Shown here in pieces: positions 38,768 through 52,389 of a stretch of DNA of 64,000 nt. The position numbers and the translations under genes are program-made. Below the pieces are notes generated by a model that was given only the letters and a program-made list of their open reading frames with translations, was not told the origin of the DNA and did no database searches. Origin of the DNA: Nitrospirales bacterium (GTDB taxonomy: Bacteria > Nitrospirota > Nitrospiria > Nitrospirales > UBA8639); NCBI GenBank assembly GCA_965203295.1, contig CBDBCZ010000014.1:768001-832000 (forward strand). Direction: 5' to 3'. Position 1 is the stretch's first letter. Every line of letters begins with the position of its first letter.

Positions 38768-40639
38768 TTAGTCAAGTTTCATGACTACATGAGCCATTTG
38801 TGACATTGTGCTGCCACCATCATTGGACACTTTGCATGTGTATAGACCTTCGTCCTCATCGGTGAAGCAGTGGATAGTGTAGGTTGACTGGACCTCTTTG
38901 TTTAGAGAGAGTCCATTGAAGTACCACAGGTAACTGAGTTCTCCAGACCCAGTGGCTACACAGCTCAGAGTTAGGGGGTCCCCGAGTTCAATCTCTTGTG
39001 GCTGGGGGTGCACTGAGATCACTGGTTTATCTGTCACTACTGGTGCTGTGAGTGGGAGGGAGAGAAAATCAATAAGTTGGATGATAGTTTAATTCTGGTA
39101 ACATGTACACCGTAATGACTTATTTACATCTGCAGCACAATAATTACCAAGCGAGATAACTCGTACCCAGGCCTCCCGGCGGGAGGCCTGGGTACGAGAG
39201 GAGAGAAGCAAAGCAACCAATCGTGTTGTATAGACTCCATGTGTGCAGTTTGATGTGTAGTAACACTACAGGAATGTAATTACAGCCTGCCAGTGGACAA
39301 AGAGACTATTTAAGAGAGCATACTGTAGACTCGGGTTATTAAGCGCATGCGCTTATGAGTCTGAGCAGCAAGGAAATATGCGCTTAACAAAAAGTGTGCG
39401 CTTATAAATAGCGATTTCTAGCACCGCCCATTAGTCCCACCCACCTTTCGCAACTCGTTCTATGGCTAGCTAGCTATCATGGCAAGGGGGGAAGATGCGA
39501 TGCTGATTCACGAAAGCATCATTCAAGGGCACCACGTGTACAAAATCGTCTTGGTGTTCAACGATTGGACGTCTGGTACAAATTATTGTCATGATAGTGG
39601 TTGACAACAGTCAGCTTGAACTCTCTTGCATAGCTTTTCCTCTTAGCCTTTCCCGATCTGTTCGAGAGAAGGATAGAAGCACCAGCAGCCGTAGCCATCA
39701 TGAGAATCTCCAGTGAAACACTCGGTAATACTTAGCACGTTGCAATCTCGATCTCGTGCTGAGAGAGCCCAAAGTTTAAAGTTTAATCGGGCGCATGCAT
39801 GCGCTTAGTAGCGAGTAGCAAAAATCAGGAAGGAAGTATGCGCTTATAAAAAGTTGTGCGCTTATAAAAAAAGGTGCGCTAACCCGAGTCTACGGTACAG
39901 TAGAGTTGAGAGCATGTACTGCAGTGGAGTTGCCTGCAGAGAGGCAACAGTGATTTACGGAGGCAACATGTGTAGCAACCTAGAAGTAGTGGTAGCGATC
40001 TATGGGGGTTCACCGGCAGTGAGGAAGGCTGATTCGGCAGCATCAGACACTGATGGCCGCCATTCTCAAATAACTACATGCACTCCCCCATTTTAATTGG
40101 AAAGGAAGTGTGTGTGTATGCAAGTGTTGACTCTTCTAGATCTACATGTATAGGTATTGCTTCCCATGAGGCTTCCACATGGAATACCATAATAGTTTAC
40201 ATGATGCTGACGCCTGAGTGGTAGAAGCATTTGCTGACGTAGGTGGAGCAGATGATGGCACCGGCTGTCCACAAGGCTCATCCTCGTGCTCTGGTTCTCC
40301 TCGACCCCGGTAGCCCATTCTTCCATACTGACCCCAGCGGTCTGGAGCACGTAACAGGGGACCCTGGCCATTGCGAATGGAGACTCTAGCAACTTGGGAA
40401 TCCGTTGAGCCAGCACAATTAGTGACCCTACAGTAGTAGTCACCTCCATCGCTGTCAATGACTGAGTGGATAAGCAGCTCACGACTCTCACGGCCATTAA
40501 TCAGCTCATTGCTTCGGTACCATTGGAATTTTGTTGAAGAGTCAGGGTTCTCGACATCAACGAAGAGGCGAAGTGGGTTGTCCATACACTACTGTAGAGC
40601 TGTAAGGCTGGACTGATATTCTGGGCTTGGAAATATGCT
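38768..40639 (-). pseudogene. 3' end of a gene ending in two Ig domains (exons 40639-40201 and 39045-38768), with one frameshift
   Basis: KPRISVQP..YGQP/LRLFV..FQWY..DGGDYYCRVTN and KPVISVHP..LTLSC..YLWY..DEGLYTCKVSN..stop; phase-1 splice is compatible; +1 nt near 40575. Confidence 0.8.
39323..39895. mobile_element. internally deleted pogo element retaining the HIRAN start (+) and transposase start (-)
   Basis: TA|CTGTAGACTCGGGTTA ... TAACCCGAGTCTACGG|TA; GCGCTTA repeats; plus strand 39479-39544 MARGEDAMLIHESIIQGHHVYK; minus strand 39701-39541 MMATAAG..KRKSYAREFKLTVVNHYHDNNLYQTSNR/LNTKTIL. Confidence 0.85.
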
Positions 40640-41840
40640 CTATGGATAGAGAAAAAAGGACACTTTATGGGTGGGATGTGTGGTACAATTTCAAAGTATG
40701 TGAATAATTCTAACAGAAGCTACCTTTCGTGGTTTTGTGAAGATGAAGCAACAAGATTGCTAGCCTCATTCCCAGGCTACAAAAGGAGTGGCCTGGTAGA
40801 CACTGTTTACATGTAACATAATGTACATGTAAAATTGCACACAAATGACAAGCACAGATGCATAGGCGAACCAACCAGGTAACCTTGCTCAACTTTCAGC
40901 CAAACAGAAACAGCAAGACTTCATCGATTTAACAAATTCACTTGGTAGCTTAGCATGAGTGTATTCTTCCATGCATGCGAACTGGTAAGTATACGGTAAC
41001 AAATGAAATAACGAGCATATAGGGTACATGTAGCTGTGTTACGCTCGAATCACTGCACTTCAGGGAGGTTGGAACTCTTAACTCTCAAGTTCAGAGAAGC
41101 ACACACATAGCTACAGTACCATAAAGCTAAATTTCAAGTAATTGTTCATCAGAAAAGAATGCAGGACATTCTTATCAGTACTTTTAGCATAGATAAATAA
41201 TTGGCTGTAGATAAACACAAAATTGTCAGACTTTAGTACACTGTACCTACGTACAGAGCTGCTAGTTTCTCCAAATGTGGGCTTGAAGGGGAGGGTGCCT
41301 TTCCTGGCATAGAAATTAATTTTGTCAGAAGATGCAGCAGCAATTTAATATTAAACTCATGCAGAATGTGAAATACGTACCAATAGCTGTAGTCCAAATG
41401 CTAAATGCTCAGACATTTGCCTCATCTGTACATGCACTGTGTTTCCTGGAACAATGCATGTAGAAGGAGTGTTGGAGCCTACATGATTACCAAATTCCTC
41501 CAAATTAGTTTGTTTCTGTTACTTACACATTTTATGTCACCCAGGCAGCATGAAACAGGATTAGTTCTCTGTAGGTATAGTGCATGAAGGTTTACAACCA
41601 TTCAGTCATGACATGTAGTCTGCTTTCACTTACGTAATTGTTTTTAGACCACTCCTGGGCCGTACTTACTACACTTCTCTAAGGTGTCCACTAGTAGGAC
41701 ACAACTGTGGCTCTGACACAATCTGTTGTGATGTAACAGTACAACTTCAGCTGTGTATTTTCAGACTCGGCATAATGCAGTAGCACTATTCTTCAAGATA
41801 CATGGCTGGTTTCTATATACATGAACTTTACTCCATGCAG

Positions 41841-42343
41841 ACATTGATGAATGCGAAAGAGACACAGATAACTGCAGCGTAAATGTAAACTGCTCAGCCA
41901 CTGAAAGAAGCTTCAACTGTACATGTGTCACTGGATATGAAGGGGATAGAGTGAATTGCACAAGTAAACCCAATTTCAGTTAGAGCTTTTACTAAATATC
42001 AACAATTTATCCCACAATTCCAGTGTATATTGCCTGAAACCATTGTCACATTTGCACTTACTGAGTTCAGCATGAAATTACTGTAGTCGTTTCTTTTCTA
42101 TGCAGATATCAATGAATGTGATAGGGGCTCTCATGACTGATGCTAAAGCAGACTGCACTGACACCAATGGGAGCTACTTATGCACCTGCAGAGTAGGATT
42201 CAGTGGCAACGGCAACACATGCAGTAAGAAGTTCTAGTGTATTCATTGATCAAGTGCATCCATTGCATTTTCTCCCTCATGATCAATAGGTTGTACTGAT
42301 GGTCAGCTGATGTTAGCAAATGGCTCCAGCTCCACAGAAGGCC
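41841..42343 (+). pseudogene. cbEGF-cbEGF-SRCR exons of an extracellular or receptor gene, disrupted
   Basis: 41841-41963 DIDECERDTDNCSVNVNC..SFNCTCVTGYEGDRVNC; 42106-42223 DINEC.. with a 2-nt deletion; SRCR start from 42290, cut off at ~42343. Confidence 0.85.
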
Positions 42344-45300
42344 ACCGCCGCTCACGCTCACTCTAAATTCGTATGGGCAGAGAACGCAAGCACTATATAG
42401 GCTTAATTTTTTTCAACTGCCTGAAATACATTAATGTCTTGCAAGGCATTGGACCAGCAGAGATCTAGCTTCTCCTGCATGGACTCTCTTTCTCTCCTCT
42501 CTCCACTGTTAACAAATTTACATATACCCTTTGTGCTAATAGTCATAGTAATTTAATTGGTAAACATTTATACAAATCTAGATTGCAACTTTAACTCTAT
42601 CATCATTGTAGCTACTTTCACTCTTCCAGTTTTCTATGTTATTTTATTTATTGATTTGTGACTCCTAGTTTTAGGCCGGGCATTCTTGTGTATGCGTGTC
42701 ACGAAAATAAAATATTCTATTCTATAGTCATCAAACAGTACCTCAATAGGCTCAAGCAGATTGCAGTTTTATTAAACTATATTATGCTATAGTCTTACAG
42801 TGCGTACTTCTAATTGTGCTCAACAAACTGTCGAACCAGCATTAAGTATATACAAGCGCGCGACAGCATACGGCATGCGCAGTTGCGCACATACAATAGT
42901 GTCTGCATCAAGGGTAGAATGCACAGCTGGGGATTGAACCCATGAACCTTTTCAAAAACACAATGAGCTACTAGAACCCATGAGTAGTACCCAGCTTTAC
43001 ACTAGCCTTGTGCCCAGGCTCTTGCGGTGCCTGGGTGCTAGGCTATATCTAAACCTGCTTGTATCACACATACAAACGGGACTGCCAGTAAAGTGTACAG
43101 CTTACCCATAGTATACATTGGCAGACAGAGTACACATTTTCCATCCGCCTAGTTATTCTGCATTAGCGCTTCAACAGATTGGCCATGGTTATAACACTCA
43201 GTGAAATTAGTTTTATTGGCTTTGGCTTCACCTGAGCAGCCAATAAATCGCTTATCATTAATCGCTTTCACCTTGTGCTTAAACACACCTGCCAGTAGGA
43301 ACTAGCCAACTTTCTTGCTATTATGCTCATAATCATGCTCATAATCGCCTTTCTTGCTATTATGCTCATCAAGTATCAGCAAAGACACATCAAGTTGGAG
43401 CATAGTTGCAGGGAAGTTAGAATATCAGAGCATAGCATATCAATGATTTTGAGCATAATCTCCACAAGCCTTAGCTGTATACAGCACTACATGTAGCAGT
43501 CCCTCTGACATGTATGTATGGCTGCCACAGTACAATACAGGCCTGCTAGAATAGCAAACCCTCCAAAATTTTGTGAAAACAGGAAGGGTGGCAAGGTAGA
43601 GCGCAGCTAGATAGGGCTCTGGCTCTTATATACTGAGAGGTTGCTTAAAGCACTTGTGGGTTTACAAGGCTACAATAATTGTTCATGAATATAATCATGC
43701 AAGTATAATCGCTTTTAGCTCTCTGCTCTAATGTTTTGTCTGTCCAGGAGTGGGCTAATATTCAGTAATACTCAGGGGTGGGCTTACGTATATTCAGCAG
43801 TGGGCTTATACTCAGGAGTGGGCTTATACTCAGGAGTGAGCTTATACTCAGGGATGTGCTAATACTCAGGGGTGGGCTTATAATCAAGAGTGGGCTTATA
43901 CTCAGTGTGGGCTCATACTCAAGGGTGGACTTAATTATATGCTCTGGGTGGGTTAAAACAGGGAGAACAATGCCCTTTGGTGTTCTTAAAACATTGATAT
44001 GGTACCAATTGCCATCAGAGGAACTTACATCAGAGGAACTTAGGCATGTACGTATGTGTAGCTAGAACTATACCTAATCACCTGGAAAGTACTGCAGTGC
44101 AGCGTGGCCTGTTATCTAGTCAGCTTCAGGACAGGATCATGTATCTTGCTTCTGTTGTGTAAAGACAGACAGCCATCACCTGTATACGACAAGGCGGTTG
44201 TAGAGATGACATCAAAGTACATCCAGTGCATTCTAGTTGAAAACCTAACAATTAGTGAACAAAAAGTGACATTCAGAGAAGAAAAAAACAAATGTTACTT
44301 ACGTACATACATCACTTCGCACAGCTTGAACCCAGCATGCATACATTCTGAACATGGACCAGTGCATGCAGTATCTTGTCCTACGGGGAAAAATGTGGAT
44401 ATTCATGTGACAAGACAGAAATTATCCATTTACAGTACTGGACATCACCATTGCCATCCTATTCTGTGACCTGCGATAACAGGATTAGGTGAGTGCTGTG
44501 AGCAAGGCAGTCATACAGCTGTACATGAAGGGTGGTTTGTGCTGCTAGCCATTTGTGAGATGACGACATGCACTCATAATAATTTACATGAGTGTCCAGT
44601 ATATCAAGGCCTGCTGGCTATATATGGCAATGGATATGGGAGGTATAATGTACGTCCTCAACCTCTGTACATTAATTTCCCATTTACCCAGTTTCTCTAC
44701 TGTTTTGTGGCTAAAATCAACAATGTCAATTATTTAGTGAACAGAAAGTGACATTACGCAGAATGGTCAATTTGTGCAATCATAACTCATGCAAGATTAG
44801 TCATAATGTAAGAAATAAGGGGGGGGGGGTCCTCACTACATAAAAACTTCATTCCTCCTGCCAAGTGAAGGTGTCACACCACTTAGCTGCTGGCTGCAAA
44901 AAGATCAGGTGGCTCTACATACAAGCCCATTCAGTCCCAATATGCATACAGCCAATATAGCTCAGAGGTGCAGTGTAATATGTAGCAGCATCTCTACCTT
45001 GTCCTGCCACATGTGACGTTAGTAGTACACACTAGATCCAAATGCATCTCTTACTACATGTGTATCCATGCAACAATGCTACGTATCCTAGAAAGAGCAA
45101 ATATGACATGAATACCACTTGGGTATTCTTAACAGTGTTTCATACAAAGGGAGGGGGGGCGCAGTTGGATCTCCTCTCTCCCCTTCCCTTCAGAATTTTA
45201 AAATTATGATGTCATATTTACTAATGACACTGATTTTGAATTAAGTGCTGCATAGTTAGCTAGCAGCCAAAAGCCACCAGAATATAAAATTTTTGGGGGG

Positions 45301-46244
45301 CATGCCCCCAGACCCCCTAGAAGGGTGTGGTTTGCACATACCTAGGTAGGTAGCCTGTTTCACAAGGTGTACACGTAAGTGAAGGTTAGCTTCTAATGAG
45401 TGATTATTGCATACATTGACTATCCCTAAGCATTCAGTCTCCATCCTACAGCAAAAAGTCTTGTATGAAACTCTGCTTAAGAGCGACAATATGGCCAAGC
45501 TTAAAGATACACTGCCAAGTATAATGATAAAATTCAGCACAAGTAAAAAATGGTACAGCTAGTGCCCCAGAGCAAAAGGAAGTACTCATGTTGTTGCCAT
45601 AGTACTTGCGCCATTGACCACATGCACCACCATACGCAGTTGTATGATCTCCAGTCAGAGGACAAGAGCAAGAGCAAACAGACGATTCACCGTCCTGATC
45701 ACCATATAACTTATTCTTCCAAGTATCCCAAATTAAAACTCTTAACTAGTTTTAATAAAGCCTTAAAATCATAACTGTCCCAATTTTCCACCCTAACCTG
45801 TTAATTCTCTTAATTATTGAGTGCACTATACTTTTCAAAACTGCCCCACAACTGTCTAATATTTCCATGAAAGTATTTCTTATTGCAGCATACACAGGAC
45901 ACTCCCAGAGCACATGTACTACACTCTCAAATTCATCCCCACATAACTTACACACTGCCTGTCATTTTTACCCCCATGTCTCCCTAACTCTTCATTCAGA
46001 CCTAAACTTAAACAGCAATCGTGTTCCTGGATCCACTGAGAGTAATTCTTGAATTTTATTTCCTTACAAAAAGACTTGGACAGACTCAGTTTATTTAAGC
46101 CAACTCTAAAGTCTTTATATTCGCTCTCTATATCTCAACTCTTCATCTACTCTCTCTAAGAACAAATTTACACTGTTATTATTTCCTGTCTGTCTTGATT
46201 TCAACGTAGCAACAATTCACTGATTAGTTTCCTCCAAGTCTTCC
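41945..46244 (+). repeat. segmental duplication A, copy 2 (likely donor)
   Basis: Matches 13626-17909; here the EGF exon and the LINE continue past both ends. Confidence 0.95.
42344..42727 (+). mobile_element. probable 3' end of a CR1/L2-type LINE truncating the SRCR exon (copy at ~14025-14409)
   Basis: Abrupt junction; ends in an AATAAAATATTCTATTCTATAG tail. Confidence 0.45.
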
Positions 46245-46845
46245 TCTGCCTACCCCTACACAGATTCACTCCCCACTCAAGAGTCTAGTAATAATCTAGG
46301 ATATCTCTCATCAACCAAATATTATTATTGACACCACTTAAGTTTGCACTATTCCCTCCTGCCTTTTAAAGACTCTAACTTCATATCCCCTCTTACTGCT
46401 TCATTGCACGTTTTAGAAGAGCAGCCAAGAATCTTTTCAGCTGATTAGATTCCAAGGAAGCTGTCTGTCGCTTATTACAGGCCTACACTTCATGACCATC
46501 CCATGAACCATTATTAGCAAATTCAATGCCCAAGTAACAGTAACTTGCAACCCTTGGAATGTCTGCATTCATTACAAAAGCCCTGTACTACATTAATATT
46601 AATGTCTGTAAGTCCTCGGCATTTAGTAGTTAAACCTACAAAATCAGCAGCAAACTTTAGACCCCCAACCTTAACATCCTTCTCCTTAATGCCAATCCCA
46701 GCCTTCTCAACCTCATTTAACAACTGATTGATGAAAATGAAAAGAGAACTAGGCAAAATACTACAACCCTGTGCCACCCCTTGACCTATATTGAATGGTT
46801 TGGATTTTTCTCCCTCCAGTAAAACAGCACTCATAAGAACCTTGC
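45715..46845 (-). mobile_element. degenerate LINE (RT and CCHC), same family as 8300-10349; another piece at ~57045-57270
   Basis: GQGVAQGCSILPSSLFIFINQLL..VGGLKFAADFVG and CKLCGDEFESVVHVLWECP. Confidence 0.88.
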
Positions 46846-47147
46846 ATACAAAAGGAAAGTTCTCTGAATACGGGAAAGTGAAGTTAACGTTTAACTTAAC
46901 TTTTGCCATGGGGAAGACTAGAGCATCTGAGTAGTTGAAATATTGGCGGAATTTCGAAAGTTGGTACTCAGAGAATTTTCCTTTCTTAAGAGAGTAGATT
47001 TTAAAATAACGTTTACTTACATATTTTGCACTATCTCATAGGGAGTTTAGCTCTCAAAGTGGTATACATGTTCCCACAGCATGAAAGTCCCAGGCAAAAA
47101 CACTTACAGCCATATAATTGTATTGTTGTGAAAAATACGTACAATTT

Positions 47148-47677
47148 AATTGGCTGAAAAGAGGAGAATTAGACCTCCTTTTTGTAGCTGAACACAGTAA
47201 ACCTGATGTACCATGTTTGACTCAGCTTGGAAGAAGACTCCAAGTGGCAAAAAGATTGTCAGAAAATGTTTAGAAATGTTTTGTCCGCAACTTGAGAGAT
47301 TTTTTGAAAATAATAACACCTACATGTACATGTACGCTGAACAGTTGGTTGTGAAAATTGAAGTCGCCTATAAATTATTGTTAACTTTTGCCATAACGAT
47401 ATTCCATCACTCTAAATGCAACAATGACAAAATCGAAATACGATACATTTCATTATGTGATGTCAACTATGTAACCTGAAATTTTCACCACCGACTGTTC
47501 AATAATATTATAGGTACTACTACATGATCTGCACCTTATAGTCTGATGTTTTGTCTGTAATTTTGATCCACTTGGAGTCTGCTCTTCAAAGGTGGGTCAA
47601 ACATGGTACATCTGGTTTACTGTGTTCACCTACAGAAAGGAGGACTAACTCCCAACGCTTCTCTTTTCAGCCGATTA
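47148..47677. mobile_element. long-TIR foldback MITE, degenerate
   Basis: GAACACAGTAAACCTGATGTACCATGTTTGAC pairs with GTCAAACATGGTACATCTGGTTTACTGTGTTC; an inner inverted match is also present. Confidence 0.7.
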
Positions 47678-48960
47678 CCAATTTCAACAACTGGGTTGTA
47701 AATTCCTGTGGTTTACCTATCTAATTAAGACATTTGTGTGGGCAGATTTACTTATACCACTTTTAATAGAGAGATCAACTCCAAACCCTGTAGAAAATAT
47801 ATGGAACAGCGTATGTACATACGTATCTACTCTTGCTCTGGAGCATGCAGAAGGGGTGAAACTTACATCACTGTGATCTATAGAGGAGAGTAGGATCTTC
47901 CACTTTGGTGAAAACATGGCTGTTGAAGACATTCATGACCTTCCCAATACCAAGGCCTTGGACTAGAGAGCTAACAATTAGGGTTCAGGTCATCGCATGC
48001 CACTCCAGTGAAGTACAAGCCTCAGCATAACAACATTGCTCATATCACTCTCCAAATGCAACAGTGCACAAGCAAAGCACATCACAACTACATGTACATC
48101 ACAGCTATATGCCTATATGCATATTAAGTACATGTACATAAATCTTGAAGACATTCAGAGTACAAGCCACCCTACAAAATGTCTGTCTTGCTCATGGCAT
48201 GTCACAAGCAAGGTAACACTTGACAGAGGTTCCAGTTTAGATAAAATGATCAGGGAGCTAAATCCAAAAGCTCAAAGCGGAGCGCCTGTATATGAGTATA
48301 GATCCAGAGTAGGTTACACTGTTCCTGCACTAGAATTAGGCTAGCTAAACTGCTGCTGCGTTCAAAAATTAAATGACACACCACAGCTAATCACATGACA
48401 GCAAGCTACTGTGCCACCAGAGTTCATGCAAATACAACTGCGGCTACCAAAATTAATGCCTTGAGCTTTAGTTTCTGCTATTCTGTTAGTAGCACATCGT
48501 CTACTAATGTACTATCTATGCCTTACCCCAACATAGCTGCACAGCCTTGTCTCAGCTGCTCAGTGCACACTCATTCACTGACTATAGTACTCTACACTCC
48601 TCGACCTTCAGCCACTCCACTCCGAGTAAATATCCCCCAATGACATTACTGCATGACTGTCACTCACAGTTCTTGCCAACATCTAGACATATATAAGCCC
48701 AAAGAAATTGTCAGCAGTCTCAAGAAGCCACCAAAAGCGACATTAATTAGAGCACTTAAGATTCAAAGGGAATATGCAGCTAAAGTCTTTCCCACCTCAA
48801 CCAAGTGACTCTGTATAAAGATCTGACTAGGGCTATACAGTTAAGGACAAAAATAGCTTCTCACCATCACACTGGGGTATGTGGTAAAGTTAAGACTTCT
48901 TGTTTTTCAGTTATTTTCTTTCCCTGATTCCTTGGCAAGCTAACAGAGTGATATAATAGA

Positions 48961-49216
48961 TCAACACTAGCAGAGTACTAGTATTAGAGTGGTAGTTATG
49001 TGCTTACATCATCGCCAGACTACGTATACTACAAGGGAGTGCTGATACGTATCTCAGTACAAAACTAGTGCAAATTATGTATCAGCACAAACAGTCAACA
49101 CTAGCAGAGTACTAGTATTAGAGTGGTAGTTATGTGCTTACATCATCGCCAGACTACGTATACTACAAGGGAGTGCTGATACGTATCTCAGTACAAAACT
49201 AGTGCAAATTATGTAT
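48961..49216 (+). repeat. perfect ~120-bp tandem duplication, period 134
   Basis: TCAACACTAGCAGAGTACTAG..GCAAATTATGTAT at 48961 and 49095. Confidence 0.95.
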
Positions 49217-49419
49217 AATAAATCTCAGCACAAACAGTCATAGAACCATCATGTAATATTTCCTATAAACAGAGTGTCCAACATTACAGCTGAGGCACAT
49301 CACATGACAGTCATACATGCTCTAACATATTGCATGTATAGCATTGATTGTATGAATGGTACTGTAGACACAGACTCCTTTCTAGATAAACATGTGGTCT
49401 ACAGAAGAATGTAGTATGC

Positions 49420-50510
49420 AACATGCTTTGTATGCAAGTAAGTTCCATCATGCACCTGCCCATGCTGTTGACCAAATGTGTAACTAACACACATGCATAC
49501 ATGTACGTACGAAGGTACGTACATACAAAGTATATACAGGTTTATACTGGCAGTTTGAAGTGATTTTCTTTAGCATTTCTACTTCCGATATCCTTTCTTG
49601 CAAACGATTTTCACATGATTCCAGGTGCTCCTCCATAGAAACATAGCTATGTATGTAAAACATTGTATACATTACTTCGAAACTAACTGTGAAAGCACCA
49701 CAACTACATGCAACATGAACAGTTAACATGCAATGATTACTATGCAGCAGAGAGTAATCCAAAACTAGTAAAGCCTATTACAAGCTAAGATGGAAATGTG
49801 CGTGTGTGTTTCATATGCATGATACCCATGCAGCCTTGACAGGGATAGTTCAGAGCTCTATGCAGTCTCTAGAATAGTCAGTATTTCTGCTCTGTTTTCC
49901 ACATAATTTACATACCTCAGATCTTTAGCCATTGGGTTCTTCTTGTAAGCAGCCAGTTCTTTCCTTAGTTCAGCTATAACAGCATCTTTTCTTTGGCTCT
50001 CAGACTCAAACAGAGCCAGCCTACAGACTCTGTCCGTTAGACACTGCACTTGCACTTGATAATCCTGTAAAACGTGGCATGTAATCTAAATATGTACGTA
50101 ACAGGTAATTTCAGAATCCAGTACACAAACTTGAAAAGCAGATACATGTATGTACATAGTCAGCTGTGTACATACATGTACATGTACATAGACTAACCAT
50201 CTTTTCGAGTGTATACAGCAAGTTTTCCAGCAAGGAAAATAAACCACTTAATACAAAATGTGCATCACAATAATGTGTTCTACGACACCAAGAGCAACTA
50301 TCCTGTGCTATCTATTTTGGCATGCATGTAGGAGAGGGGTGTAACTAGAATGACATTCCATGAGTAAAACATATTTAATATACCTTCTCAATGAGGGCAT
50401 CATATATACGTAGCAAAGAGTTGCTTTCAGAATCCTCTCCTGTTCTTGCTCTTTGTTCCACAGCATCCAGTCCTAAAACAGGACCAAGAATAACAATACG
50501 TACACACATA
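49420..50510 (-). pseudogene. inverted duplicate of 54638-55750 containing three coiled-coil exons
   Basis: FESESQRKDAVIAELRKEL and MEEHLESCENRLQERISEVEMLKK on the minus strand; the last donor site is deleted. Confidence 0.85.
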
Positions 50511-51110
50511 ATATTATACAGTAGTAATCATAGCAGGCTTATGGTACTGTATTGCATTGCAATTAACGAGCTCGCGAGTCAGCCATCACCTATACAAGTT
50601 TACGCTTGCGAGCCAGCCATCACCTACGGACTCGCAAGCCAACCCTTCGGCGACGGGGTTGGCAGAGTTCTGCAGAACTCTTCCTATGGCTACCAAGAGC
50701 GCATAACTGCACAGCAAGAGCTAGCCAGATGCCTAACCAAAAGGTTCGCTGAATCATAGACATCAGTCACCACGTGGACGTTATTAACATCTATGGCTGA
50801 ATAAATATTAGGTGTTTACGGTGTATGAGCCACGCCCTCTTCCACGGATTCCGAAAATTATTATACGTGCAGGTTTGCTGTCCAAGAAGAATCGATCGTA
50901 AATCAAGACCTACGAGAGAGGCAAGTGTTTAATATCCTATGCTTCTGGTGCTCGAATGCCAGTAGGCTCTAAATATGTACACCAGTGGGCAGACATGACC
51001 AGTCTAATTGGGGTCCTATGTTTTAAAACAGTCCTAAATAGTGACCCCCATGCATACATAATTAGCTGAACTAAAAATGACCTTTTTAAGCCTTGCAAGG
51101 GGTCCTGTTC

Positions 51111-51363
51111 CCTAACCCTATCCCTAACCTTAACCCTAACCCTAACCTGATTCTAACCCTAATTAAATTAGGGGGCTATGAATCTCATTTAAGATTAGAC
51201 TTTTGCCTTACTATTCAGGGATTTGTATGCTTGGGGTCAAAATTGTCATTTTCTAGCAAAGTTGTAGCTTGATCAGACTAACCCTAACCCTAACCCTAAC
51301 CCCAACCCTAACCCTAACCCTAACCCTAGGCCTAACCCCAACCCTAATCCTAACCCTAACCCT
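51111..51363 (+). repeat. interstitial telomeric (CCCTAA)n arrays
   Basis: Degenerate array at 51111-51162 and ~14 units at 51278-51363. Confidence 0.92.
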
Positions 51364-51419
51364 GACACTAAAGACATTTACATAAGTCCTTGAATAGTAA
51401 GGTAAAACTTCCTCCTTAA

Positions 51420-52389
51420 GGTAGGAAGAGCCTCACCTTCGAATCCGCGTGATTCTCCTCATGAATAATTAACGAGATGACATCACTCACGTGGCGCTAA
51501 TTAGATTCATTGATATGTTTGCATTTTCCCATGGCGGCAACCGGAATCAACAGGAGGGGTGTGTCACTTTGATGTGGATAGCGGCTCTTTCATATGCGAT
51601 ATCGGCACTTTGATGTGGTTGAGCGGTACTCTGATGTTGGCTTTCAACACTCTTTTTTTTTCTTTTTTTTTTTTTTTTTTTTAAAAAGAAGATATGACAT
51701 CATAGAATTGTGAGTAGGCTTTTTATGTCAGAATAGCTAGCTAGTGTGTTGTAGAAAGTTTGTTAGGCTGCCCGAGTGGCTAGAAGTCAGCCAGACAGAC
51801 GGATAGTGGCAGGTTGTTGCCCATCTCAGGTAGGCTAGAATTGACACCTTTCGGGTCTGTAGGCCCCGCCCATTTTTTTTTAATTAGCTCGAATAGCTAG
51901 TTGTGTGAAAATCTGTGGAGATTTATAGGGAGAGCTTTGGTGGGTGGTTCTCAGAAACCGAGGGGTGAATGAAAAATCGCATTCCTAATTTTTGTGGGAG
52001 TAGGTTGAAGTTTGTAATGCAGGGCTCGAATTCGTCGAGTGAGCGTGGGCGGTTGCCGAATTTTTTTTGAAAGTCACGATAGCGAAAATGAGGGTTTTGG
52101 GGTGGTTGGATGCGTTCAGGGCTGTAAAACTGGCTTTGAAGCATTCCTGTGAAAAAGCATACCTACGTTTGTAGCCTGTAGGTACTGGTGTTGTTGCCAG
52201 ACTGTGGGTGGGGCTCTAGCAGATTCCAAAATTTCTCGTATTTTAAAGCAACCCGAAATTGCATTTTTGTGGATTATTTAGCAGGAGGTGTGGTTAGATG
52301 CAAAATTTTTGTCAATTCGAGGTAGACTTTCATGTTACCAACAAAGCCGTCCATTTGAATTGTGGATTCCAGGTGAGGCTCTTCCTACC
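51420..52389. mobile_element. Kolobok-like non-autonomous element, 970 bp, TTAA target duplication
   Basis: TTAA|GGTAGGAAGAGCCTCACCT ... AGGTGAGGCTCTTCCTACC|TTAA, perfect 19-bp TIR. Confidence 0.88.

Noticed and set aside
39545..39570. Continuation of HIRAN as YKSSWCSTIG via a frameshift
   Set aside because: The same bases read LNTKTIL on the minus strand, which fits the transposase HTH better; not fully excluded.
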